From assembly GCA_963702425.1 (NCBI GenBank), contig CAVPCQ010000006.1, positions 288,001 to 352,000 of the forward strand: DNA of 64,000 nucleotides, in the 5' to 3' direction. This document shows positions 11,439 to 21,706 of the stretch, piece after piece. The position numbers and the translations under genes are program-made. The notes under the pieces were generated by a model, which was not told the origin of the DNA, searched no databases, and saw only the letters and a list, made by a program, of their open reading frames with translations. The DNA comes from an uncultured Acidobacteriota bacterium (GTDB lineage Bacteria; Acidobacteriota; Polarisedimenticolia; J045). Every line of letters starts with the position of its first letter. Position 1 is the first letter of the stretch.

Positions 11439-11477
11439 CGATTGGCTTAATCACCGGCTCGCATCGGTCGTTTCACC
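11439..11477 (+). promoter_or_regulatory. candidate tandem enhancer (UAS) boxes for a sigma54 activator
   Basis: CGATTGGCTTAATCACC and GGTCGTTTCACC about 100 bp upstream of a sigma54 promoter. They resemble the boxes at 31695-31734. Confidence 0.5.
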
Positions 11478-11536
11478 GGGTCCAGGCCGGCGCCGGAGGG
11501 GCAACGGCCACTCCGAAGAAGCGATAAGATCTTATA

Positions 11537-11549
11537 AATCAAATACTTA
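11537..11549 (+). promoter_or_regulatory. IHF-type binding site
   Basis: AATCAA-ATAC-TTA matches WATCAANNNNTTR in an AT-rich patch between the UAS and the sigma54 promoter. Confidence 0.65.
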
Positions 11550-11575
11550 TAGATTACAGTCGCCATTCTCGAAGG

Positions 11576-11591
11576 AGGCACGAAAGTTGCT
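11576..11591 (+). promoter_or_regulatory. sigma54 (-24/-12) promoter
   Basis: AGGCAC-GAAAG-TTGCT, 12 nt before the ATG at 11604. Confidence 0.75.
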
Positions 11592-11603
11592 TACCAGTAC
11601 GGC

Positions 11604-12287
11604 ATGGGGGATCTTCATCTACTCGTCGTCGACGACGACGATCTCGTCGCATGGGCCCTGGAGAAGGCCGCCGCGCAGCGTCACGCCGAGGTCTGCGTCG
11701 CCGCCACCGGCTCGGCCGCGCTCGCCAGGGTGCGGTCGGGCAGCTATGACCTGGCGTTCGTCGACATCCACCTCCCGGATGCGAACGGTCTCGACCTGTT
11801 GATCGAGATCCGCGACCTTTCGCCCGCCACCAAGATCGTCGTCCTCAGCTCGGACGCCACCCCGGGAAACCGCGAGTGCGCCTTCGCCCGCGGCGCGTGG
11901 CAGTTCATCGAGAAGCCCTTCGACCTTGCCGAGATCGCCCAGGTGCTGGGCGACTGCACGGGCCCGCTCGAAGAACGACGGGACGGCAAGCGGACCTTCT
12001 GCCGGCTGCCGATCCGGATCGACGTCGTGGACCCCCCAGCCGACCTGGCCTGCGCCGCCCCCTGCTCGTTCGAAGCGACGGCGACCGACCTCAGCGACGG
12101 CGGCCTCCGGATCCACACCGCCTTCGACCTGCAGCCCGGCCAATTCGTCCGGCTCCACGCGACGAAGACCGACGACCCCTCCGCGGTGATGCTGCGGACC
12201 GCGCGGGACGCGCAGGTCGTGTGGGTCGCGCCGGGAAGCCAGTTCCGGCTGGCGGGCCTCGCCTACACGGCCGACGCGCGCCCCTGA
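11604..12287 (+). CDS. response regulator receiver fused to a PilZ (c-di-GMP-binding) domain
   Basis: LLVVDDD, DIHLPD and EKPF receiver motifs; RDGKR (RxxxR) and DLSDGG (DxSxxG) PilZ motifs. Confidence 0.85.
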   Translation: MGDLHLLVVDDDDLVAWALEKAAAQRHAEVCVAATGSAALARVRSGSYDLAFVDIHLPDANGLDLLIEIRDLSPATKIVVLSSDATPGNRECAFARGAWQFIEKPFDLAEIAQVLGDCTGPLEERRDGKRTFCRLPIRIDVVDPPADLACAAPCSFEATATDLSDGGLRIHTAFDLQPGQFVRLHATKTDDPSAVMLRTARDAQVVWVAPGSQFRLAGLAYTADARP

Positions 12288-12321
12288 GCGCTTCCGTCGC
12301 GGGCTCCCCGGATGGTCTCCG

Positions 12322-13447
12322 TTAGTCGCCGTGGCACTTCGCGCAGAGCGGCTTCTGCCGGCCCCCGGCGGTCGTTTCGTAGGGGTTCGGGATCCGGTAC
12401 GAACCCGAGGCGATCCCCTCCTGGCTCCACAGCTCGATCTTGAAGTCCCACCGCCCCGACGCCGGCCCCGACGACGCGTGCGCGCGGTGGCACGACAGGC
12501 AGGTCACCCTCGCGGCGGAAGGGGTGGGGCCGCGTCGAGGCAGTCGTCAGCCCGGCCGCCTCGTAGGGCACGAGCGGCTCGTAGGATTCGCTCGCCACGC
12601 CGTCGCTGAACCCCGTCCCGCGGTAGGCGTTGTAGGTCCGGATCATCTCGGGTTCGAGAACCTCGTCGATCGGATGCACGAAGCTCGAGCCGCTCGCCTC
12701 GTCGTGGTAGCGGCCGTGGCAGTTCCCGCACCACGCGCTCATCCCGGCGCGGTAGGCGGTGTGGTTCGCCGGCGCCTCCGGCGTGCCGTCGAGATCGATC
12801 CCTGACGCATCGGGGGCGTCGGTCGTGAACTGGAAGACGTGGTTGTTCGCGCGGCTCGCATTGGAGTCGCGTCCGTACAGCAGGCGGAAGTGACCGAACT
12901 TGCCGTGCGGATCGTGACACGACGTACAGCCCATGGCCGCGGAGGGATAGCTGCCGCCCGGAGCGTTCGCGTGGAGCGAGTCGGCCGCCAGTCCGAAGTC
13001 GATCGAGACGAGATTGTGGCCCGCCGCGTCCCCGCGGATCCAGTTGCTCGGGACGGCGCCGCCCGGGCCGTCGTTCAGGTTGTCTTCGGTGAGGAAGATG
13101 AACGGCCCGCCACCGAATACACGGCCCGGCATCGTCGGGGACTGGCCCCAGCTGTTGCCGTTGCCCGTGCCGTGGCAGTTGAGGCAGATGTCGGTGGCGT
13201 TCGCGCCCTTCAGGAGGTAGTTCGTCGGGTTGAAGGCCTGCTGGGGATCGTGCATGGTGTGGCACCCGCCGCACGCCGCCACGCCGCCGGAGTGGAAGGC
13301 CGACGCCGGCTGGCTCGTCAGAGCGGCGAACGCAAGGAGCCCGGCGAGCCCCGCCTGGCCGGCCCATCCGGCGCAGAGGCCGCGAGTCGCACGCCGGATC
13401 GCCGCGCGCCTGCCGTTGACCAGCCTCGTCCGATCCGATCGCGCCAT
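12322..13447 (-). CDS. OmcS-like hexaheme c-type cytochrome, shorter paralog (frameshift near 12520)
   Basis: Signal peptide then FHSGGVAACGGCHTMH; CLNCH, CTSCHDPHG, WCGNCH, then CLSCHRAHAS and LCAKCH in the next frame. Confidence 0.85.
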
Positions 13448-13472
13448 CGTGACTCTCCGTGCTTCGGGCCCG

Positions 13473-14875
<1,403 letters not shown>

Positions 14876-14879
<4 letters not shown>

Positions 14880-16328
14880 GATGCGCTCTCCACCCCCGAA
14901 GCCCGTGCCGGCACGCGGACAGTGAAGACCGCGCCGCCGCCCGGGTTCTCCCCGACGCGTAGGGTACCACCCTGCTGCTCGGTCAGCTGACGCGAGATCG
15001 CGAGCCCGAGGCCGGTCCCCTTCCCCTTGGTCGTGAAGAACGGTTCGAAGATCTTCTCGCGATGCTCCGGCGCGACGCCCTTCCCGGTGTCCGCCACCTC
15101 GATTCGAACCATACCCACCCGCATCCGCGCCCGTGCGCACCGTGAGCGTGCCGCCCGCCGGCATCGCTTCCAGGGCGTTGAGCAGCAGGTTCACCAGCAC
15201 CTGCTCGAGCTGCGCCGGATCGGCCACCGCCACCGCGCCCCCGGCCTGCTCCCGGACCAGCCGGACCGGACGCGGGTGGTCGGGCGAGAGGCGCGGGTCA
15301 CGGCCGTACAGCGACAGGCTCGACGAGATCAGCGCGTCGAGGTCCACCTCGGCCGGCTGCGGGCGGGGCGGCCGCGCGAAGGTCAGGAAGCTCTTCATCA
15401 GACTCTCGACCCGCCCGACCTCCTGTCGCACCTTCCGCGCCACGTCGCGGTTCTCTTCCGTCATCGACTCCTCGCCGGCCAGGATCTCCATCGCGACCTT
15501 GATCCCGGCGAGCGGATTCTTGATCTCGTGGGCCAGGCCCGCCGACAGCCGGCCGAGGACCGCCATCTGCTCCGCACGCTGACGCTCCAGGATGTGCTCC
15601 TTGAGCGCCGACGCCATGGTGTTGAAGGCCTCTCCCAGCTGCCCGAACTCGTCCGAGAGGCTGGCCACCCGGTGATCGAGGTCGCCCGCCGAGAGCTTGC
15701 GCGTCGATTCGAGCAGCGTGCCCAGCGGACGGGTGATCCCGCGCACGAAGACGAAGCCGAGGCCGATCGACACCAGCGGGCCGGCGGCGAGCAGGAGCAG
15801 CAGAACGTAGGTCGTCAGGCGGATGCTCGCCAGCGCCCGTTGCGTGCTGGACTCGAGCCGCGCCCCGGTCAGCGCGATCATCTCGCTGACCTGCTCGATC
15901 AGGTCCTCCCCGACCTGAAATGCGTTGTCGCTCTCCGCGCGCACCCGCTCCTCACCGGCCCGGACCGTGATCACGCGGCTGATCGCTTCCTGGTAGTCCG
16001 TCGTGCGGTGCTCCAGGTCCTCGAGGCGGGCCGTGGTCGCTTCGTCGTGGTGGCAGTCGGAGCAGGTGCGCATCACGTGGCCCATGCTCTGGACGTGCGA
16101 AACGACCGTGTCGGCGTCGCGCGCGAAGCGCGTCCCGCGCAGCGCCAGGTCGGTCTGTACGCGCCGGATCTGGATCAGGTAGTGCTCGCGGAGAATCTCG
16201 ACCTGGTGCAGCATGATCAGGTTGTCCAGCCGGCTCGTCGTGCTCCCGATCAGGTGCAGCACGTAGAGGCCGCCCCCCAGGAAAAGGATGGCGTAGATCG
16301 TCAGGCCGACGATGATCTTGGTCTTCAT
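14876..16328 (-). CDS. membrane sensor histidine kinase with periplasmic CxxCH heme motif and HAMP domain (frameshift near 15120)
   Basis: Two TM helices flank CSDCH; HAMP; AHEIKNPL H-box; NLLLNA; DTGKG, FFTTKGKGTGLGL in ORF 14876..15124. Confidence 0.88.
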
Positions 16329-17275
16329 CGGCTGGTGTCGTACTCGTAGCGATCGAGATCCAGTCCCGCCTCCTTGGCGAAGCGGTAGACCGGCTCGTAG
16401 TCCTCGTCCCGGGTCTCGATGAACTTCACGGCGCCCAGCCGCTCGAGGGCGCGCCGCCCTTCCGGTTCCTCGTGCATCGCCAGGAGGGCGTCGCGCAGCC
16501 GCGCCCGCAGCCCCGGGTCGAGGTCCCGCCGGAGCGCGAGGCCGTTCTCGGGGACGTCCGGGGAGCGCGCCAGGAAGTTCAACTCCGAGATGACGCGCGG
16601 GTCCTCGCCCGCCATCCGCTCGAGCACGCTGCTCTTGGCGGCGCCCGCGTCCGCCCGGCCGTCGAGCACGTCGCGGACGGCGTCCTCGTGCGTCCCCGTG
16701 AAGTAGGTCTCGCCGAGGAAGGTGCGGTAGTCCTTCACGCCGTTCTTCGCCAGGTAGTCCAGCGGGAGCAGGTAGCCGGCGGTGGTCGCCTGGTCGACGA
16801 AGGCGAAACGCTTGCCGCGCAGCCCCTCGGCATCGTGGATCCCGCTGTCGCGGCGCACGAGGATCACGCCGAAGTAGGTCGACCGGCCGTTCTGCATCAG
16901 GGGCCGGGCGATGACATCGACGTCGAGCCGGCGATGGGCCAGGGCATAGGTGAAGCTGCCGAAGAAGGCGCCATCCAGCCCGGCGGACTTGAAGTTGGAG
17001 ACGATGTTCCCGTAGCGCGCCAGGATCGTCAGCCGGATCTTCGTCCCGCTGCGGGCCGAGAGGTACGCGGCGAGCGGCTCGTAGCGCTCGAGCTGCCGGA
17101 AGATGTTCCGCTCGGGGAGCAGGCCGATCACCAGCTCGCGGCGCTCGGCGGCGGGTTTCGGCTCGTTCGGCGCCGGCAGCGGGGTCCCGTGCGCACCCGC
17201 GGGGATCGGGTCGCCCTTGCCACAGGACAGGGCCAGCACACCGACGACGAGCGATGCCATGCGCCGCCAGGTCAC
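16325..17275 (-). CDS. PhnD/phosphonate-binding-fold periplasmic lipoprotein
   Basis: Lipobox LALSC; YEPLAAYLS, FAFVDQATTAGYLLP, GTHEDAVRDVLDGRADAGA. Confidence 0.8.
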   Translation of the reverse strand: MTWRRMASLVVGVLALSCGKGDPIPAGAHGTPLPAPNEPKPAAERRELVIGLLPERNIFRQLERYEPLAAYLSARSGTKIRLTILARYGNIVSNFKSAGLDGAFFGSFTYALAHRRLDVDVIARPLMQNGRSTYFGVILVRRDSGIHDAEGLRGKRFAFVDQATTAGYLLPLDYLAKNGVKDYRTFLGETYFTGTHEDAVRDVLDGRADAGAAKSSVLERMAGEDPRVISELNFLARSPDVPENGLALRRDLDPGLRARLRDALLAMHEEPEGRRALERLGAVKFIETRDEDYEPVYRFAKEAGLDLDRYEYDTSR

Positions 17276-18244
17276 GCTGAGCCCTCCTTCGCGGTCCCGG
17301 ACCGCCGCCGGCCCGCGCCTGCCCTCCGTTGCCGGCCTACTGGCGCGATCAGAAAGACCTGGACGCGATTGTTGTTCCGGTCGGCGATGTAGATCATGCC
17401 GCTCGGATCGTAGGCGATCGCCGACGGGTAGCGCAGGAACCCCTCCCGCACCCCCATCGTCCCCTGGCGGCCCTGGAACGAGCCGTCCGGACCGAGGATC
17501 ACGACGCCGTCGCCGTACTGGTCGACGATGAACAGGTGTCCCGAGTCGGCGGCGGCCAGGCTGGTCGCGAACTCCAGCTCCTGCTCGAGCGAGCCGCCGA
17601 ATGGCGCCACCTCGGCCGAGCCCGTGCGCACGACGTAGGCCTGGTTCCCGAGGCTGTCGACGAGGTAGAGGTTCCCGCGCGGATCGACCGCGAGGTCCGA
17701 GAAGAACTCTTTCCCGGTGCGGCAACGCGATCTCTCGCGCGAGCTTCCCGGCGCCGTCGAGCACGATCACCCGAGGCACCGACACGTCCAGTACGAAGAG
17801 CTCGTCCTGCCGGTCGACGGTGAACCCGCGCACGGCCGGAGCGCCGGAGACCGGGAGCTCGACGAACCCCTTGAACGCCCCGTCCGGCGAGAGCCGCGCG
17901 ATGCGGCGCGACCGGCCATCGAGCACCAGCAGATCGCCCTTCGCGGTGAACTCGAGCCGCGTCGGGTAGGGCACCTCGGCGAGCGTGAACTCGGCGACCG
18001 GCTGGATCCCGTCGGCCGCCGCACGGAAGGTCACGATCCGCCCGGCTCCGGTGTCGGCGACGGCGATCGTCGATCCCGGTCCGAACGCCACCCCTTCCGG
18101 CGCGCTGAGGGCTGCTCCCTTGGAGTCGGTGTAGAGCGGGGGCTGCGCGCGCAGCTTCAGCCCACCCGCCGCCTGCGCCGAAAACCACGCCCCCGGCAGC
18201 GCCGCCGCCAGCGTCAACGACAGAACGAAGTCTCTCCGCCGCAC
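17272..18244 (-). CDS. NHL-repeat beta-propeller protein (frameshift near 17720)
   Basis: PEGVAF..AVADTGAGRI and YPSAIAYDPSGMIYIADRNNNRVQVF NHL repeats; N-terminal RRRDF signal. Confidence 0.8.
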
Positions 18245-18248
18245 GGCC

Positions 18249-19520
18249 CTACCTCCTGAAGTCCTGGTGACAGGTGACGCAGAGGTCCATCTTCTTGTCC
18301 TGCCACGTGATGTACTTGTGCGCCGACCCGTGAGAGTCGTGGCAGCTCAGGCAATCGACACGCACGTTCTTGCTGCGCGGATCGACCACGTCCTTGCCGA
18401 TCGGGTGTGTCGAGTGTTCCTTCCAGTCGTGACAGGAGGCGCAGACGGCCGTCGAGTCCGCGGCGTTGAACAGCAGAACCGTGTTCGAACCGTGCGGTGC
18501 GTGGCAGGCGGAACAGTTCCCGTCGGCAACCGGTGCGTGCTTCGCGGTCGAGCCGAGCGCCTGTTTGACGGCGTCCGAGTGGCACGAGCCGCAGACCTTG
18601 ATCTCCGGACCCGCGAGCAGCTTCCCGGCCTTCGAGGCGTGGGGCCGGTGGCAATTGAGGCAGGCCTTCCGGTCGAGCACCGGCCAGTGGACGCGGTTCA
18701 GTCCCATGGTCTCGTTCACCAGCTCGCTGTGGCAACCGCGGCAGCCGTCGATCCCCGACTTCTTCACCTTGAGCGCGTCGGGCGAGGCGGCATCGAAGTG
18801 GCAGTTGGCGCACATCCGGTTGGCGACCGGCTGGTGGACGCTGGCCCAGAGGATCCCCTTCTGGCTCGAGCCGTGGGGATCGTGGCACGAGGCGCAGTCG
18901 GACTTGCCGACCGGGTAGTTCAGGTGCGCGGTCCGGAACGGCGCTGCGTCGGTCTTGTGGCACTCGACGCACAGCCCCGGGGTCGACTTCACCAGCAGAT
19001 GATCGGACTCCTTGGAACTGTGCGGGTTGTGGCAGCCGAGGCACGACTTGCTGACCGGGCCGTGCTTGAACGTCGCAGCCTCGACGGCCTTGCCAAGGTC
19101 GGCGTGACACTTGAAGCACAGGGCGGAACCGGAAGCCAGCAGTTGGTCCTTGCTCCCCGAGGCGTGGGGATCGTGGCACTTGGTGCACTGGCCGTCCACG
19201 GCGTCCTGGTGGGCGCTCTTCGCCCCCGCGGGGACGATGTCGGCGTGACAGGTCGCGCAGATCCGGTCCGGACTCTCCGCCAGCAGCTTGCCGTGCGAGG
19301 AAGCGTGCGGGCTGTGGCAGTCGCTGCACTCGCCGGCCCTGACCGGCGTGTGCACGAACGGCTGCTTCATCGTCTCCTGGAACTGCACGTGGCAGGACAG
19401 GCAGGCCTTGCCTTTCGCCCCGGGCTTCAGCTTGTACTTCGCCTCGTCGGTCTGACCCGCCGCCCCGGCCGCAGAGAGGGCCGCGAGGAGGACGAACGCG
19501 ACGATGAGTCGGGTCTTCAT
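18249..19520 (-). CDS. periplasmic multiheme cytochrome c, 16 CxxCH motifs
   Basis: Signal peptide; 16 CxxCH counted in repeating H-xn-CxxCH-xxH units. Confidence 0.95.
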   Translation of the reverse strand: MKTRLIVAFVLLAALSAAGAAGQTDEAKYKLKPGAKGKACLSCHVQFQETMKQPFVHTPVRAGECSDCHSPHASSHGKLLAESPDRICATCHADIVPAGAKSAHQDAVDGQCTKCHDPHASGSKDQLLASGSALCFKCHADLGKAVEAATFKHGPVSKSCLGCHNPHSSKESDHLLVKSTPGLCVECHKTDAAPFRTAHLNYPVGKSDCASCHDPHGSSQKGILWASVHQPVANRMCANCHFDAASPDALKVKKSGIDGCRGCHSELVNETMGLNRVHWPVLDRKACLNCHRPHASKAGKLLAGPEIKVCGSCHSDAVKQALGSTAKHAPVADGNCSACHAPHGSNTVLLFNAADSTAVCASCHDWKEHSTHPIGKDVVDPRSKNVRVDCLSCHDSHGSAHKYITWQDKKMDLCVTCHQDFRR

Positions 19521-19530
19521 GACTCGTCTC

Positions 19531-21504
19531 CTACCGCTTCGTCACGGTGTGGCACTCCTCGCAGGAGCCGCCGACGAAGGGAGCGTGGACCTCCGCCTGG
19601 AAGAGGTGCGGATCCTTCGAGGCGTGGGGGGCGTGGCAGCTGACGCAGTTCATCACCGCCGGGTCGATCGAGAGGTGCTTGTTGGCGAACGAAGCGTCCT
19701 TGACGTCGTGGCAGGTGGCGCAGAGCGTTCCCTGCGGCTCGGTGAGCAGCGCCGCCTGCGGACCCTCGTGGGGGCGGTGGCAGGTCTGGCAGTCGCTCTC
19801 GACGGGCGCGTGGACGGTGCCGGCCTTCATCGTCTCGGCGAGCGTCTTGTGGCACGACAGGCACAGGTCGGTGCCGGACGCGAGGAGCAGCTTCGGGAGC
19901 TTGGTCGCGTGGCCGCCGTGGCAGCCGGAGCACTGCCCGTCGGCGACCGGCTTGTGCTTGGCCCGGGCCGCCTTGACGGCATCGGTCACATCCGCGTGGC
20001 ACTCGCCGCAGACCTGGGTCTGGCCCGCCTTCATCAGGCCCGTGACGTTGGAAGCGTGGACCGCGTGGCAGGTGGCGCAGTCCCCGGCCTCGAACGGCGC
20101 GTGGACCGTCTGGCCCTCGGCCGGCTTCATCATCCCGCCGTGGCAGGTCGCGCAGAGGTCGGAGCCGGCCTTGACCAGCAGCTTCGGCTGCGCCGCGCCG
20201 TGAGCGGCGTGGCACGGCGAGCAGTTCCCGTTCATCACCGGCCCGTGGACGCTGGTCTTGGCGAAGTCGGCCTCGGCGTCGCTGTGGCAGCCGTAGCAGA
20301 CCCGGTCCTCGCGGTCGATCAGGAGGTGCGGCGCCTGCGAACCGTGGGGGTTGTGGCACGACGAGCACATCCCCTCCTGAAACGGCGTGTGCGCCACCTT
20401 GAAGGTCTCGGCCTTCTGCTTGCTGTGGCAGGGGTAGCAGAGCTCGGCGTCCTTGGCGAGCAGCAGCCCCTTCTCCTTCGCCGCGTGCGCACCGTGACAG
20501 GAGAGGCAGCCCTTCCCTTCGCCGACGGCCTTGTGCGCGACCGTCATCGACGCGGTCTGCTCCTTGTGACAGTCGGCGCAGAGCGCATTCCCGGACTTTC
20601 GGAGCAGGTCGGGAGCCTGCGAGGCGTGCGGATCGTGGCACGACGAGCACTTCCCGGCCGTGAACGGTGCGTGAACGATCTTCGCACCGCCGGTCAGCGT
20701 CGCTTCGTCGTGGCAGGTGGCACAGAGGGCCACGCCATCGCTCGTGACCGCGAACGGCTTGGCGTCCTTGGCGTCGGCGTGGCAAGCGCTACAGCTCCCC
20801 GACGCCACGGGATCGTGGGCGCTGACCTTCAGGAGACCCTTCTGCACCGAGGAGTGGGGGTCGTGGCAAAGCGAGCAGTCCGCGTTTTGAACCGGGTAGC
20901 CCTCGTGGGCCTTGCGGAACGGCTCCTTGCCGGCGTCGTGGCACTCGGCGCAGAGCTGCGCCTTCGGTTTGAGCAGCAGGTCCGGCTGGTCGGCGCTGTG
21001 GGAACCGTGGCACGCCGTGCAGCCCGTCGTCTCGAGCGGCGCGTGGACGACCGCCTGCTCGAACGGCTTGCGGTCGTGGCACTCGTAGCAGGCGGCCGCA
21101 CCCTGGGCCTTGAGCAGGTCCGCCCCCGCGCCGCCGTGCGGGTCGTGGCAGGCCGTGCACTTGGCCCGCTTCAGCGGGGTGTGCACGTGAGGCTTGCCGA
21201 GCCCCAGCGACTCCTTGGTGTGACACGATTCGCACAGGGCGTTCCCGTCCTTCTTGAGCAGCATCTTCGGAACCAGCCCGTGGCGGAGGTGGCAATCCTC
21301 GCACCGGCCTTCCTTCACGCCCGGGTGCGCGCTGGCGTAGGACTTCATCGTCTCGGCGAACTTCGAGTGGCAGTCGAGGCAACCCTTCTTCTCGACCTTC
21401 TTCTGGGCGAGCGCCGGCGGGGCGGAGAGCGCCGCCAACGTCAGGCCCGCGCAGAGCGCGAAAAGCGCGCGGGATGCCTTCGGGCCACGAGACTGAGGTC
21501 GCAT
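19531..21504 (-). CDS. periplasmic multiheme cytochrome c, 26 CxxCH motifs
   Basis: GGAGG SD before the ATG at 21504; signal peptide ending ALA; 26 CxxCH counted. Confidence 0.95.
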   Translation of the reverse strand: MRPQSRGPKASRALFALCAGLTLAALSAPPALAQKKVEKKGCLDCHSKFAETMKSYASAHPGVKEGRCEDCHLRHGLVPKMLLKKDGNALCESCHTKESLGLGKPHVHTPLKRAKCTACHDPHGGAGADLLKAQGAAACYECHDRKPFEQAVVHAPLETTGCTACHGSHSADQPDLLLKPKAQLCAECHDAGKEPFRKAHEGYPVQNADCSLCHDPHSSVQKGLLKVSAHDPVASGSCSACHADAKDAKPFAVTSDGVALCATCHDEATLTGGAKIVHAPFTAGKCSSCHDPHASQAPDLLRKSGNALCADCHKEQTASMTVAHKAVGEGKGCLSCHGAHAAKEKGLLLAKDAELCYPCHSKQKAETFKVAHTPFQEGMCSSCHNPHGSQAPHLLIDREDRVCYGCHSDAEADFAKTSVHGPVMNGNCSPCHAAHGAAQPKLLVKAGSDLCATCHGGMMKPAEGQTVHAPFEAGDCATCHAVHASNVTGLMKAGQTQVCGECHADVTDAVKAARAKHKPVADGQCSGCHGGHATKLPKLLLASGTDLCLSCHKTLAETMKAGTVHAPVESDCQTCHRPHEGPQAALLTEPQGTLCATCHDVKDASFANKHLSIDPAVMNCVSCHAPHASKDPHLFQAEVHAPFVGGSCEECHTVTKR

Positions 21505-21593
21505 ACGGTGCTCCACCTCCGAACCCCTGGATCGCGAGATGATACCGGGTTGAATGAAGCCGTGCAGCAAGTTTGTTAGTTTCGCTTGTAACT

Positions 21594-21621
21594 AGAGTAA
21601 TCGCTCCCAACGCCAAGTCAA
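21594..21621 (-). promoter_or_regulatory. candidate internal sigma70-type promoter
   Basis: TTGACT-16 nt-TACTCT on the minus strand in the AT-rich gap before the 26-heme gene. Confidence 0.4.
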
Positions 21622-21706
21622 CATCGGGTCCTGTCACCCTGCGGCGCGGCTCCGCAGTTCGTCCGGGCAGGAGGTGAAGATCAGGCGAACAATGCTGTCG
21701 GCTCGC

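Noticed and set aside
16325-17275. Phosphonate ABC uptake system
   Set aside because: No permease or ATPase is adjacent; the gene is translationally coupled to a kinase.
16325-18244. NHL-PhnD fusion protein
   Set aside because: Frameshift artefact; the PhnD-like gene has its own SD, start and lipobox.
18249-21504. Recurring GTGGCA-type DNA repeats as CRISPR or tandem repeats
   Set aside because: They are the Cys-His codons of CxxCH motifs on the minus strand.
21560-21585. sigma54 promoter before the 26-heme gene
   Set aside because: TTGCT is present but there is no GG at the -24 position.
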